Shown here piece after piece: positions 1-13,022 of a DNA stretch of 64,000 nucleotides; within the stretch, counting starts at the first letter, position 1; every line of letters starts with the position of its first letter. The notes beneath the pieces were generated by a model. That model ran no database searches, had not been told where the DNA came from, and saw nothing but the letters and a program-made list of their open reading frames with translations. Made by a program: the position numbers and the translations under genes. The stretch is taken from positions 1,254,524 through 1,318,523 of the forward strand of contig MU053873.1 in NCBI GenBank assembly GCA_013239625.1. Direction: 5' to 3'. Origin of the DNA: Lama guanicoe. Lineage: Eukaryota.

Positions 1-646
1 GTATAAAATCATACCATTAAATATGTTTGGATCTGTACAGTGCTGTTCTCCCTTTCTTCAGCGAATGCACCCAGCATTGATCACACACTACCAGCCACAG
101 GTGTGTGTGTCTGCCACAGATGTGCTTATGAAACTGGAATTTCCCTCTTCCCTGGAAAAATGGAGGCTCTTTTTTCAAAATCATGGGGTCCCCATTCCTC
201 TGTGTGCCAGCTGCCTGGAGCTGAATAGCCCTGCTGTCTGGCAGCATGGCTGGGCTCCCCACCCGGCCCGCTTCCTTTCCTCCTGCCACTTGTCAGGCTC
301 CCCAGGTTCCTTAGGTAACCTTGAGTACTTGTGCCCTGGGGCAGCAAGGAGGAAGGCTGGGAAGAGACTGGCCTTCCTTCCTTGGTGCCAGCCTTGTATG
401 CGAAACATAAACTGCTCCCTTGCCAGCCTGGTGGGGTGGGGAGTTTCTTGTATGTTCTCATTAAGGAGCCAGCTGAGCTGTGTTCTGTCTCCTCCCCTGC
501 ATGAACTTCAGGGTGTCCTGAGACAGGGGTCGAAATGCTTCGTCCTGGCCGCCCTGACCCTCTGGGTAGTTGTCCCGAGTTTTGCTTTTGTGGTTTTCCT
601 CTTGGGGAGCGTCTCACTACTTTTCCTCTTTTTTCCCCCTTTGCAG

Positions 647-708
647 CCTTGTATCATCAAGATTAAAGACTTTTTTGATGCTGAAGATTATTACATTGTT
701 TTGGAATT
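647..708 (+). CDS. CHEK2: CHEK2 coding exon (62 bp; PCIIKIKDFFDAEDYYIVLEL, kinase N-lobe/hinge); gene begins upstream of the window
   Basis: Polypyrimidine tract and CAG acceptor ending 646; GTAAGT donor at 709; translation matches the CHK2 kinase domain; phase joins the next exon (TT|G = Leu). Confidence 0.97.
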
Positions 709-904
709 GTAAGTAGTAAACGGTTTGTTGATGTGTTCCCATTTAAATGCTTATAAGCCACCAAAGAATCTCGTGCTGGCTTGCATTTCTCATCCTGGGG
801 ACCCTCAACTCATGTATGTGGTGGGGGCCCACAAAGTGTGTGTGGAGGGTTCATATCAATTCTAAAATCCCCCAGGGTTTCCAAAGGCAGGTGATTCAGA
901 GGTT

Positions 905-1100
905 CCAGAGGCCTGGGTTTGACTCCTACTCTGCTGGCGACTGACTGCCCATGGGTTAGTTCAGTTCACCTCTCTGAGCCTCATATTTCTAGTATTAAGT
1001 AGGGGAGATAATAATACCCCCATGCACAGAGTGATAAGGATTTTATGCTGTGAGGGGTGTAAAGCCCCCAGCAAAGCGCCTGGCAAACTAGGTGCTCAAC
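905..1100 (+). mobile_element. MIR SINE
   Basis: Core CACCTCTCTGAGCCTCA..TTTC...ATAATA..CC and 3' end GTAAAGC..CAGCA.AGCGCCTGGCA..TAGGTGCTCAA. Confidence 0.75.
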
Positions 1101-1428
1101 CCCAGGTGCCTCTCGTTACTCTGAAATAATCGGTCTGGGTAACCCTTGCTGCTCAGAATCACAGTACGCATGCATGGTGACAACGGAATATCTTTTGGGT
1201 GCTGGTTTACTTGCAGGTTTATTGGGTGTGTTTAAAAGAATTTCCTGTCTCATCCCTGAAAGAGGCCTGTCTTGTTGTCTGTTCCTGCATAAAGATGCAG
1301 TGTTTCTGGGAACGGCTGTCATGGCAGAGAGGCAAGGCTTTGGTCCTGAGGGGCAAACAGTAGGTATACTGGTGGACCATTAAGATTATAAACAGCAGCC
1401 CCAGTCGTAGCACTAGGGGAGCCTCGAC

Positions 1429-1700
1429 GATCCTTGTAGTGCTTAACAGAATATCTGTTGCTATTAAATAGGAGATTTGGATCTAGTTAAAACAGTTATC
1501 TGATTGGATCTAGTTAAAACAGTTAAATAATAGTAGGAATAATAATAATAATAATGATCCTTGTAGTGCTTAACAGAGTATCTGTTGCTATTAAATAGGA
1601 GATTTGGATCTAGTTAAAACAGTTAAATAATAGTAGGAATAATAATAATAATACTACGATATTATATCTGATTGGATCTAGTTAAAAGTTTAATAATAAT
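1429..1700. repeat. Local near-perfect nested tandem duplication with (AAT)n
   Basis: Unit GATCCTTGTAGTGC...AATAAT at 1429 and 1556; TTGGATCTAGTTAAAA occurs four times. Confidence 0.95.
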
Positions 1701-2110
1701 ACAATAACAGTAACTGATTAAGCACTTAATATGAGCCAAGTACTATTCAAAGTGCTTTACATGGATTGACTCATTTAACCTTCATAACAGTCATCCTGGG
1801 TACTTGCAAGTTACTGGTGAGTTACTGTTTTTAGCTCCACTTGACAGAAATGGGAACTGAATTGCAGAGGGATTGAATAATCTTGCCAATCCTCTCCGCT
1901 GTGCCAGGTACTTTACCTACATCAACTATATCTTAAGTTTTACAACAGACATCAAGGTAGGTGGGATTTTATCCCCATTTTTTTGAAGAGGTAGAAACAA
2001 GCTCAGGGAGGTTGCATAGCTTGTCCAAAGTCCCACAGCTGGGAGCTGGTGGAGCTGGGGTTTAGACCCTGGTTATTGGAGTGTAGACTTCTGCTTTCTC
2101 CTCTCCATCA
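1700..2110 (-). mobile_element. Two adjacent MIR fragments
   Basis: AGCACTT..ATGAGCCAAG..CT..AAGTGCTTTACATGGATTGACTCATTTAA and ATCCCCATTTT...GCTCAG.GAGGTT..TAGCTTGTCCAAAGTCCCACAGCT motifs. Confidence 0.7.
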
Positions 2111-2331
2111 GTCTCAGAACCAGTGGGGTGCACAATAAAAATGCAGACTCCTGGGCCCAGCCTCCGATCTACTGAGTCCGATATTTGAAAGCTCCTGAAG
2201 TGTCTCCAGTGCCCACCCCACTCTCCCTCCTTGGTTACTGGCAGGGATGTCTTATTGTGGACGGACTTATTACCTCATTGCCTTTACAAATGAGAGTCAA
2301 GAGTGAATAAACACTTTGCTTGTCTTAATGA

Positions 2332-2559
<228 letters not shown>

Positions 2560-3898
2560 TGAATTATTCTCCCAAGTCAAACAGAAAACCAGGGACCAGA
2601 GAGCAGAGTCTGTGTATGGGTTGTTCTGTTTTTGGCAAAAACATCCCACCTCTTTGACTCAGATGAGAAAGCTCTTGCTGTGAAACTTAGGAGAGTTAAA
2701 AAAAAAATTGGAAGTTAAAGAAATAAACACACATGGTCCACATGGCCTCTCTGTAGCTTGGAGGTATTTCTGGAGGGGCATTGATTTCTACTTCTACCTG
2801 ATCCTTGAAGAAATCCAACTTATCTCTCAGGGCGGGAGCGGGGCAGGTAGGAGGGTAAGGTTGGCAGGTCCCCCGGGGCCCAGTGTTTAGTGTTTCCTCC
2901 ACTTGCGCCATCCTGTTAACTGCATGTGTGCTGCCTTCTCCTCAATATTTGGGGCAAGTGTCGTCTGCTTAGGAGAACATCACCCTTTCTCAACCCATCT
3001 TTGGCTGTGGTGAGTCCCTGCCCAGGTTTCTTCCCTTGAAAACCTACTCTGTGCAAGAAGTGCGGTGATTGGGAACAGCTCTTGCAGGGAGTGAGGACTG
3101 AGGAAGATGTTCCTGGGGCTGGTCTACTGGTGCCCACCCTGGGGGCTTCACCAGGTTCCTTTCCTAGAGGAAGTGTTTTGGAGGTTTTTTGCTTTAGGCC
3201 AGAGGGACATCCAGGGAAAGCTGAAGCCCATAAACACCTAAAGAGGACTTTACTCTCTTAATGGTTTATTCCCTCTTGTACTACACCAAGAATATTAACA
3301 TGAGTTGAGTGCAGATCAGTGGAGTGGCAAATTTTTTTTTCCCTAGAGAAATATGACTTACTATACAGAAATGAACACATAAACATCAACGTTCTATTTC
3401 AGCTGTTGAGTTTTCAAAGACTAATCTGTGCATCAAGGATTATGTTAACTCCAGGTGTTCAAATAGATAAGTTACATATATGTACTTTACGGAGTCCCTT
3501 TAAAAAGTATTCTCAGGATTAAATAACCAAATATACTACTTTGGTGGAAGTGTTATAGGTTACTTTAATATGGTCTCAAAATATTTTACATCTGCCACTT
3601 ACATTTTTTGTTATTAAAATTTATACCTTTTATTTCTGTGAATGTAAAGGGATATTTATTATCTTGAAGAGTGACATTAACTGTCATAAATTGCTTTTTT
3701 CACTTTTCTACTTTTCAAAAATTTTCTTGAAAACAAATTTATAAATACTAATCCATTTACCCAGTAGTTTCCTCTGATTTGGGAAATAGGGTTGTGAGTC
3801 ATACGGCTGATACTTTCATCTGGCTGTGAGATGTGTGTATGTCTCCACTCACATACCTACTCCATAAATCTAAGGGCCGCGCCTCCATTTCTATGTAG

Positions 3899-3985
3899 TA
3901 CCTTCACGAAAATGGCATTATTCATCGGGACCTAAAGCCAGAGAATGTTCTACTCTCGTCTCAGAAAGAGGACTGTCTTATAAAG
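3899..3985 (+). CDS. CHEK2: CHEK2 coding exon (87 bp; [29 protein letters not shown], catalytic loop)
   Basis: HRDLKPEN catalytic loop; tag acceptor and AAG|gtaaga donor. Confidence 0.98.
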
Positions 3986-4736
3986 GTAAGAAATATATAT
4001 TCTGTATCTGGCCACTCTAGTAGATTTCTGTTCAGAAACTTTTAAAATTCATCAGGTAAAAAGTGAGAGCATAGAAAGGTAGAGAATTTGACCTTTCCAC
4101 TCTTACCAGTTCTTTAACTATCTGGTGGTATTGCTCCAAACCAGATACTAATGAGCATTTATTGAGCTCCACTGAGTACAATCCACTGCTCTTCAGAAGC
4201 AGGAAGAAGTCTACATGGGAGAAACTTCCTCAGTCTTCCTCTAAGACAGTACTTTCCAAGCCTGGTTTCATTTTAGGATCCATTGTTGATTTTAAAAAAG
4301 CAAAACCAAAACCAAATGACACCAAGGCTACACCTCAGAGTCTCTGAAGGTGGCACCCAGGTGTGAGTGTTTTTTCAGGTATTACAGTGTGACTCAAAGA
4401 AATTGGGATCTAAGAAGAACCAGGAATAACTAATTGGAATTCTAAAGTGTCTGATAAGGGTTATAAGCCTTTTGTAAGGTTACAGAGAACACATGTAAGT
4501 TGGGAGAAAACCTGGACCTTGAAGTTCCTTGGCTCAGGAATTTTCATTTAAAAATTAAATAACTTGCAGAGTTTAGAATTTCTTTACAAAGACATGAATT
4601 TGTAGATTCCAGATTAACAGTAGCTTGTGAACCATAGGTTAGGAACTGTTCCAACCTGCATGTCTTTTGGGACTGGTACACTATGTTACTCTTTACGACA
4701 TCATTTAAAACGATTTCCTTTTGTTCTTAATTTTAG

Positions 4737-4901
<165 letters not shown>

Positions 4902-5122
4902 TAAGAAAATTTTTCATTGTTTCAGATTCTGGTTGCAAGTAATTAGGTGAAATCAGAAACATGTCCAGGTGGAGAGTTTGTGTTTAATTTAGGTCACTTT
5001 TTTGACCATTGATTTAAAGCAACACCTAATTTTTCATTATGCTGAAAAATAAATCTGTATATCCGAACATCACTGAGAATTCCACTTAATTTCTTTCCCT
5101 TTCTTTGTCTACCAACATTAAG

Positions 5123-5238
5123 CCTTAGTGGGTATCCACCTTTCTCTGAACATAAGACTCAAGTGTCACTGAAGGATCAGATCACCAGTGGAAAATACAA
5201 CTTCATTCCCGAAGTCTGGGCGGAGGTTTCAGAGAAGG
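5123..5238 (+). CDS. CHEK2: CHEK2 coding exon (116 bp; [38 protein letters not shown])
   Basis: GYPPF motif; ttaag acceptor, G|gtatgg donor; frame consistent. Confidence 0.96.
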
Positions 5239-6100
5239 GTATGGATACAAAAGGGTTAAGAATTTGTGGTTTGTTAAACTGTGTGTGTGCCATGGTGGGA
5301 GTTTCTTTACAAATCTCTGATATTTTCTCCTGTCAGTTCTGTTCTTATTTTCTGTTGTTAGTTTGCACCATTTGAGAGGCAAAGGAAGTTATTAGGAATG
5401 TGGGCTGATGGGCTGATGTACATAGGCTTTTGTCCTGGGTCTCCTCCTTATAGTTCTGTGGCTTTAGGCAAGTTACTTAACCTCTCTGGGTCTCCATTTC
5501 CTTTATTTGTAAAAGAGGGTACAATAAACCCCTGCCTTGAGGGCTTTTTGTGAGGGTTAAGTGTAACATACTCCTTGTATCTATGTAAGTGTGCAAATAA
5601 GGACACCTTTTTAGTTACAAGGTCTCCTTGGGATAAATAAGCATCATCAGAGCTAAATGTAGTTACTTTGTGTTTTAGAATTTAAGAGGGTACCTTTGTA
5701 ATCCTGAAAAGAAAAAGTAGAAAACTGAAACTAAATGTCAAACAGTGTAACATAGGTGATTGTGTTAAGTGTCAGAGTGTCTAAGAAATAATATTGTTGC
5801 AATATACAAGCCAGCCTCCACTTGTTGCTTTGTTTTTGCCAAGCCTGCAATTCCAAGGAGCCTCTCCCTGGCTGAGGAACTTTCACTATCACTCCGCGGG
5901 GCTTGGGAGAGAGTTGGCCGAACATCCTGAGTGTTTTAGAACTAGGGGGAAGTTCAACTTTAATTAGTTTGAACTGGAGTCCAGCAACAAGAGCAGGAAC
6001 AGAGAGCTTAGAGATTGTGATGTCTGAGCAAGGAGTGATGGGGAGCCTGGCGGCCACTCCTGGTGTTCTAGAGCACTCGGACAAATGAAGAGGGTGGTAG

Positions 6101-6376
<276 letters not shown>

Positions 6377-6486
6377 TAAGGTACCTCGGCGGCCCTGAGC
6401 TGTGCCTGAGAGATGGGGAAGAGGATGGAAACATAACATTTGCTTTGTAGGGTCTGTTTAATTAAATTAAAGATTGAGCTTTGGGG

Positions 6487-6541
6487 GTGTGTGTGTGTGT
6501 GTGGGTGTGAGTGTGGGTGTGTCTTTGTGTGTGTTTGTGTG
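6487..6541. repeat. Imperfect (GT)n microsatellite
   Basis: GTGTGTGT.. run directly visible. Confidence 0.9.
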
Positions 6542-8171
6542 CAACCTTTACAACCTGACTTAACATTCTTGGATGGACAAGCTCATTTTATGGCCTGTCT
6601 TGGTTCCACTTGGCTTTCTTGAGTCTGCAGTTCAGCCGTGTTCCTTTGAGACCTTGTTCTAGCTCCAAACGTCCACCACCAGCTGTGTCCTTCTTGTCCC
6701 TCAAACTCCTACCCAAGACAGGCAGGATGGGCTGTGTTCCAGCTATCTTCAACCTCAGATCAGGGAATTGGGGGTAGAGGAGGAGAGCACCCCAAGTGAT
6801 GGGGCACAAGGAGTCCTAATTCTTGTTCACTGTGAGTAACCTGCGCCTTTCAAGTCTGCATTGCTTCTGTGTCTCTGCTGGGGGCTGTGGCTGCCATTAG
6901 ATTATGCGCTGACCTCATTCAAGCTGCCAGAGTTGGAAGTCCTTTGTGGCTTTGCTGGGCTAGTCTTTGATTTTAGGTTCACTGCAGCCTTGGGCAGGTT
7001 TTCTGATGGAAGCCAGGTCTTCTATTAAGTGAGGTTCCTTTCAGCACAACATAATTCCCCTTTCCATTAACTTTGATTTTGTCTCTGTTTCCTGTGGGGA
7101 TGGTGGACTTAACCAGGTATCTTGAGTTGGAGGCCCAAATGCTCTGGGAATTTCTAGTCCAGGAACAACTTGGGCCATCCAGTCTCAGCACTGTGCTTCT
7201 GGGACTCTGGGAAGACTGTCATTCTTTCTCTGTTCCAACCCTCCACACCTCACAGTTCTGCTCAGGTCAGCTCAGGCTGAGAACAATAAATCCTTAAAAG
7301 AAAAAAAAAGGGTAGATATATGTGTTTGGGATGTTGCCCTGGAAACAGCAGTCTCCCCAGAAAAGATCTGTCAGGTGATTTAGCACTTAATAGACCACAC
7401 AGATTTGAAACTGCAGGACCCCGGAGAAAAGGAATTTGGAAACAAAGGGTGCCTTTGCATGTGGGGACTTAATTTTGATGAAAAGGAAAAACATGCCTCT
7501 TGGCTCTTTTCATGAGCCTTAATAGGCAAACTCTTGGGGGCCAGATATGGAGGTAGAGGAGCTGTGTTAGTCTTGAGAGAAAAACAGAGCTTGCTAGTTA
7601 GGGCCTGGGAACGGGATTTACATCTGCCCGAAATGTACAAACAAGCATAGCCTATTTTTCTTGTACTTTTTGTCTCAAAACTATTGTTAACAACCAAGGA
7701 AAAGGTGACTTTTAACCCTGCCATGAGGTCTCACCTGAATACTCCTCTGCCCACATCTTATTTTTGCAGCAAAAGGTAGAGTGAACATTCAGTGAGGACA
7801 GGGATGCAGATGCCCACAGAAGTCATTGGCTAGTGGTAGCTTACGTTTTATTTTGGGAAAATTCAGTGCTTTTGAAGAGACCAAATGGCTTTGTGAGCCT
7901 AGCACTGGACTGAGTATTTGGAATGTGAGTTCTGATCTCTGTTTTGTCACTGACAGCATCCAATCTGGGGAGCAAACTTTATATCCATCTTTGGCCTCTT
8001 GTTCATTTCCTGAAATAGAGGATTCCTTCTGGCTTAACTTGGAGGTATATTATAGCGTAATACTTTTTAATAGATTGTAGACATCTCCAGGGAAGAGTAT
8101 TTACAGATACACATTCTACCTGTGGTATGTAATGAGCTCTTTTTTTTCATATTATTGCTTATTGATGACTT

Positions 8172-8275
8172 TAAAAAATCATTATTATTATTTTTTAATG
8201 GAGGTACTGGCGATTGAACCCAGGACCTCTTGCATGCTAAGCATGCACTCTACCCCTGCGCCACCCCCGCCTCCC
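8172..8275 (-). mobile_element. tRNA-Ala-derived SINE (Vic-1-like, camelid)
   Basis: Reverse complement has tRNA A/B boxes (GGTAGAGTGCATGCTTAGCATGC...GGTTCAATC) and an A-rich tail; TSD TA(T/C)TGATGACTT at 8160-8171 and 8276-8287. Confidence 0.85.
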
Positions 8276-8583
8276 TACTGATGACTTGTGGTCAGTTCTG
8301 TTTGGCTGCATGGTTTCCTTTCTTCATGAGTTCATTCATTCTTTCAGAGGACAGTGAAGGAGCTCATGTGTCAAGCACTGTTAGGCACTGTGGATACACA
8401 GTCGGGGTGGAGGGGCCAACCCTGACAACAGAGCAGTGGGATACCTGTAGTAATAGGGGCAGGTACAGAATATGGGGGATCCCCGGGATGAGATGGAGCC
8501 ACTGCCTTGTGGGGGGGGGGTGCCCAAAGGTTCACATGGTATGAAGAGCATCCAAAGGCTGAGTGGCTTGGGGCCGACATGGC

Positions 8584-8966
8584 TGTATCAGTTTGCTAAG
8601 GCTGCTATAACAGTTTATCACAGACTGGGTGGCTCAAACAACAGAAATTTATTTTCTCGCAGTTCTAGGGGCTGGAAATCCAGTTTCAAGGTGCAGGCAT
8701 GTTTGGTTTCCCCAGAGGTCTCTTTCCTTGCGTTGCAGGTGGCTGCCTTCTTTCTGGGTCCTCACTTGGTTTTTTCTCTGTATGCTCACATCCCTGGTGT
8801 CTTTTTCTCTTTTTATGAGGACACCGGCCATAATGGATTAGGGCCCTATCCTAACAGCCTCATTTTAACTTAATTACCTGTTTAAAAAGGCCCTGTCTCC
8901 AAATACTGGGGTTTGGGCTGCAACATACAAATGCGGGCGGGGGGAGGTCCACAATTCAGACATAAC
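8584..8966 (-). mobile_element. MaLR solo LTR (MLT1A-like), next to an L2 fragment at ~8330-8560
   Basis: TGTATCAGTTTGCTAAGGCTGCTATAACA...CACAGACTGGGTGGCTCAAACAACAGAAATTTATT...GGATTAGGGCCC...CACAATTCAG is the characteristic antisense MLT1 LTR. Confidence 0.85.
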
Positions 8967-9794
8967 TCACGCAGTTCAGTCATAACAACCCCAATTCAGT
9001 TGCCGTAACAACGGGGATAGCATTTTCAACATTGATGGAGACTCTTTGGTATGGAGGCCCCTGTTCTTATTACAATGCCTGGCATCTAAGGGTCTTCACG
9101 AAATATTTGTTCACTAAGTGAATGAGGAAGGTGGGTGAGGTGGTTGGGCAGGAAGGCCTAGAGGGCATTCCTGGGGGAGGCTGTGAGCCAGTGGCATTGC
9201 CTGAGGAGTGAGATCCAAGGGGAGAGAGTGGAGTGGAATCCAGATGAACTTGGCGCTTCCATAATGAGTAGTGGGGAGCAACACTGAGTGATGCAGTAAA
9301 TGGCATGAGGGAAGCAGGTGTTTCTAGCTACTAGATCTAGAACAGGTGAATTAATCCTTGAGCACTGTAGTTTTTCTAAATCTATGAAATTGCTGAATGT
9401 TGAAGGCCTTCACTCCTATGTCCTTTCACCCCATCCTCCGTGGTGTACTTGGCATAACTGGAGGAGTGGAGTGGGGGTTGGGTGGGAAAGTGCAAGGGGA
9501 TTTGCTCTGGGTCTGTATTCTGCACATGCTACTTGGGAGTGGGTGTGCTGGCCACAAAGCCCACAACTCTCATCATGGATGTTTCACCTTAATGAAGGTG
9601 GGAGAGGTTCACCAGATCACCTCTCGAGGCTCCCAGATGCAGAACTTTGAGCCCAGCAGAAGTGAATAGCCATGGAGGTGGGAGTTATCCTCATACACAT
9701 CTGGACAGGAGTTCTTTGTGTTATCCTTCTCCCAACCCCCATTACCACCTCCCACCCAAGAATCACCTGTAATGCTATGGCCTGTTCACTTGTC

Positions 9795-9901
9795 TTTTTT
9801 TTTTTTTTTTCCCCTTAATGGAGGCACTGGGGATTGAACCTAGGACCTCATGCATGCTGAGCATGCACTCTACCACTGAGCTATAACCCTACCCCTACCC
9901 C
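9795..9901 (-). mobile_element. tRNA-Ala-derived SINE (Vic-1-like)
   Basis: Same body as the 8172 copy (GGATTGAACC..GCATGCACTCTACCACTGAGCTA), preceded by a poly-T tail on the + strand. Confidence 0.85.
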
Positions 9902-10442
9902 CTTTTCTTACCTTTCTCATTAGCTCTGAGATATTGTGGTCCTTCTGGCAACTTGTACAGTGCTTGCTGAGTGAAATTTCCTAGGGTGCAAGGTTGCTTT
10001 GTTAGAGTGGCCCAAGTAGCTGGCCTCACTGTTGGCAGGGGAAGGGGAGACACCTGGAAAGGTCTGGGGAGCAGCATGGAGTCAGCCCCAGCCTCTGGCC
10101 CCCCTGATTGCCATCTCTTAGGATCTGGGTGGGATGCTGGTTCTGAAAGTCTTTGACTGCTAAGGTCTGTGGTTCTGTCTGACCCACTGAGAGCTGTTAG
10201 GCATATGGGTTTGGTTCAGCCATTGGTGACTGAGTGTGGACTGCTGATTAGACTGTTCTGGAAAGGCAGAGATTGGAAACACGTGGTCTTCGCCCTTCTG
10301 GAGCTTCAGTGAGGGCAGCTTCTGTGTGGACAGCCTGGACGTTTTAGCCCACTTCCCTGTTTCTGGGGGCATCCTATCCCTGCTTTTCAGGAGCTTTCTT
10401 CCCCTCAGACACAGCCTACTTATGTTTTTCATTTCTTCACAG

Positions 10443-10523
10443 GATGAGGACATGAAGAGAAAATTTAAGAATTTGCTTTTTGAAGAAGATAAGTCAACAG
10501 CTCTGCCCCAGGTCCCAGCCCAG
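10443..10523 (+). CDS. CHEK2: CHEK2 penultimate coding exon (81 bp; DEDMKRKFKNLLFEEDKSTALPQVPAQ)
   Basis: tttcttcacag acceptor, CAG|gtatcc donor; phase 0 at both ends; resembles the CHK2 post-kinase segment. Confidence 0.95.
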
Positions 10524-11314
10524 GTATCCTGCATGATGGTCATTAACTGTAGGCTAAGTTTAAAGAGCCAATGAGTGGAGGATGAGTTTGAATAATCTCT
10601 TTAGCAGCAATTGCTTTAACAATTTTTGTAAGAAATAACCTAATAGATACTTTGTTTCACCTTGATCTGCTCCAGTACCTTTAGAAGATTCACTAATGAA
10701 AGAGCACAGCTAGGGTTTGTCATTCAAGAAGTTTCCTGCAAGGCAAAGATTAGAAGACTGAATTAGGGGCAGAAGACTGAATTTGTTGAAAATTTTTACA
10801 TTTGGGGGAGTGGTAGCTAATTTATTGATTATAAGTTTATCCCTCTAAAGTTCTTTGTGTCAGTTAATATCTGTTCATTCCTATCCTGCCTTCTTTTAGT
10901 AACACGCCTCTTCCTACTGCTCCCTTGAAATTTTATAAGTGGGAAAACAAAGACATGAAAAAGATTGTCTTCCCACAAAAGAGCAAGACTTGAGTGAAAG
11001 GTATTGTGGTCACTTTAAATTTCATAATTTAAGAGAAGACAACCAAGAGAAAGCTGGTTATGCTGCAGGCTTTCAGTATACATCACTGAGTGGTCGGAAG
11101 CCACAATGGAGAGAAATGTCAGTTCAATCAGTGTGTCTGAGTCTGGAGGGGTGAGGTAGTGATTCAGATTCAATGAGGACAACCAGTAGTTTTCAGTCCT
11201 CGAAGTTTCCCATGAAATGCTTCAAATTTCCTGGAAGCACATTGGGAAACTTTGACCATTGGAAAGAAGCCAAAGGTTTTCTTTGAACACTTCTCCCTTT
11301 TCTTTTACTTCTAG

Positions 11315-11404
11315 TCATCCACAAGTCGAAAGCGGCTCCACGAAGGGGAAGCAGGGGACGCCGACACCACAAAGCGCCTGGCTGTGTGTGCGGCTGTCTC
11401 GTGA
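11315..11404 (+). CDS. CHEK2: CHEK2 last coding exon (SSTSRKRLHEGEAGDADTTKRLAVCAAVS*, stop TGA 11402-11404)
   Basis: Long polypyrimidine tract and ctag acceptor ending 11314; STSRKR basic NLS-like motif and AVCAAV C-terminus typical of CHK2. Confidence 0.95.
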   Translation, partial: SSTSRKRLHEGEAGDADTTKRLAVCAAVS

Positions 11405-11552
11405 ATACCGGTTGGCCACGGAAGAAATGTGCCTTCTTGAACCGTGCTGTCATTTTGTTTAAATCTGCTGTATATATTTTGTATTTTCATGATGGGAACA
11501 ATTGCTTTTTCACAATCATTGATACAGAATTCAGAACCTAATGGAACCTGGG
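11405..11552 (+). other. CHEK2: CHEK2 proximal 3' UTR (true end uncertain)
   Basis: Follows the stop codon; segments such as ATTGCTTTTTCACA and ATGGAACCTGGG resemble the human CHEK2 3' UTR as I recall it; no AATAAA or ATTAAA present. Confidence 0.6.
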
Positions 11553-11829
11553 CTTCATGCTTCTGCCTGTAGGTCAGCCCTTACATACCTTCAGTGTGTA
11601 TGTCTTTGAAGTTGTTATATGCCTTTTGTCTGGTGCTCCACCTTGGCTGTAACCAGGCAGCTTGGTGAGCTGTGTACAGATTCTAAAGGCCACTCAGAAA
11701 GTTGCAGGGAAAAGGGCACAGTGAGTCGCAGTGGGGTTTGTAGAGACTGGCTGCCTCCCTCCTCACTAGATGGTAGGTACCTTGGTGCATATACCACGGG
11801 CCAGCTTTAGAGTCACATTCTCACTCTCA

Positions 11830-12108
11830 TAGTCCCTGAAACCAAAGGGCCAGATGAGGTGCAAAATTTTAAAACTTCTTGATTTTAGCAAGAGGACCAG
11901 GCACATTGACTATGTTATACATAATACCCAGCTGAGCCAAACACTTCAATATTTCTGCAACAAATATCCACAGGAAAAGGACAAGGAAAACTTTAAGTAA
12001 CCTCTTGTCCCCTCAGGTCAGTCTTTTCTGTCACATGAGTTATAGAGGACGCTACAGTTTCAGAGCTGTTCAGATTTTGGAAATGCAGATAAGGCATGTG
12101 AACATGTC
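11830..12108. mobile_element. Old non-autonomous DNA transposon (MER96B-like)
   Basis: GGGCCAGATG...GATTTTAG...AATATTTCTGCA...TTTCAGAGCT.TT..GATTTTGGAAATGCAGATAAGG resembles the MER96B consensus as recalled. Confidence 0.55.
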
Positions 12109-13022
12109 ATGTTGACCCAATGATGACTGAGGATGCCCTGTGTAAAGCCCTTTCCTAGGTTGGTCTTGTCTAGTCCTCAGTGATTCTATGTGCAAGGTCC
12201 TCTGATCACCCTCAGGTTATAGGTGAGGAGCCCAGGCTGAAGGAGTAAAATGACTTATCCATTGTCACCCAGCTAAGAAGTGGCAGAGCTGGGACCTAAA
12301 CCAGGGCTTTCTGACTCAAATTCATGTTCCTCATCTCCTTAGTCCCATATTCAGTCAGACTCATGGATGTTGACTCACATTGACAAAATTCACATGAGAC
12401 TGATGTCTAAATCTTGAGTGCCAGTTTGTTCAATCAGGGTAAGTGGGTACAACCCCATGTGGAAGTTGGGAACAAAGGAACAAAGGCACATTCAAATTAC
12501 TTCATGGAAAGGGGGATTTGTTTCAACATTACAGATAGCTGAGGATGGGAGTCATCAGGAGTCTAGGCAGATCCAATAGCTGTCTCGTCTTTTTCTGACC
12601 CACTGATTTTGCTTCTCTTGTAACTTTGGCTGGTTGACGTGAAGCCACATTGTAGCTTGCTGACCATGCCATGAGTTGAGTGCTTTGGTTCAGATGCCAC
12701 TAGTGAGCAGCCAGGGTAGGGTGGGGGCACACAGCTGATGCCCCAGGCACTGAGGGTGGTGGTTGGCAACTTCCATTAGAAGGGTGTGCAAGCGAGCATT
12801 CTGAGGCTTGGCTGGTCTGCTGAGGGCTAGATGGGGAGTTAGGTGGTTTGCATACTTAAAGGAATGAGGCTGAGATTGCCAAGTTAAATGGGTTTTAGCT
12901 CATTTGAATATTTAATGTGAAGGCTGTGGTTTCTTAGGGCATTTTTCCCTCTTGGGGCAGAGTCAGCCAGCCCTTCTCTGTTTCCCAAGTACTTCGTATC
13001 AGCTCCCTCTGATTATACCTAC

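Noticed and set aside
23..712. 229-aa ORF as a single long coding exon
   Set aside because: Only 647-708 matches CHK2 and is bounded by splice signals; the rest is an open intronic frame with no recognisable protein character.
1429..1700. CRISPR-like repeat-spacer array
   Set aside because: Mammalian intron; the 'spacers' are themselves duplicated and irregular, consistent with local duplication.
10512..10517. Alternative in-frame donor CAG|GTCCCA 12 nt upstream of the CHEK2 exon end
   Set aside because: Very poor match to the U1 consensus beyond GT; nothing in the sequence supports its use.
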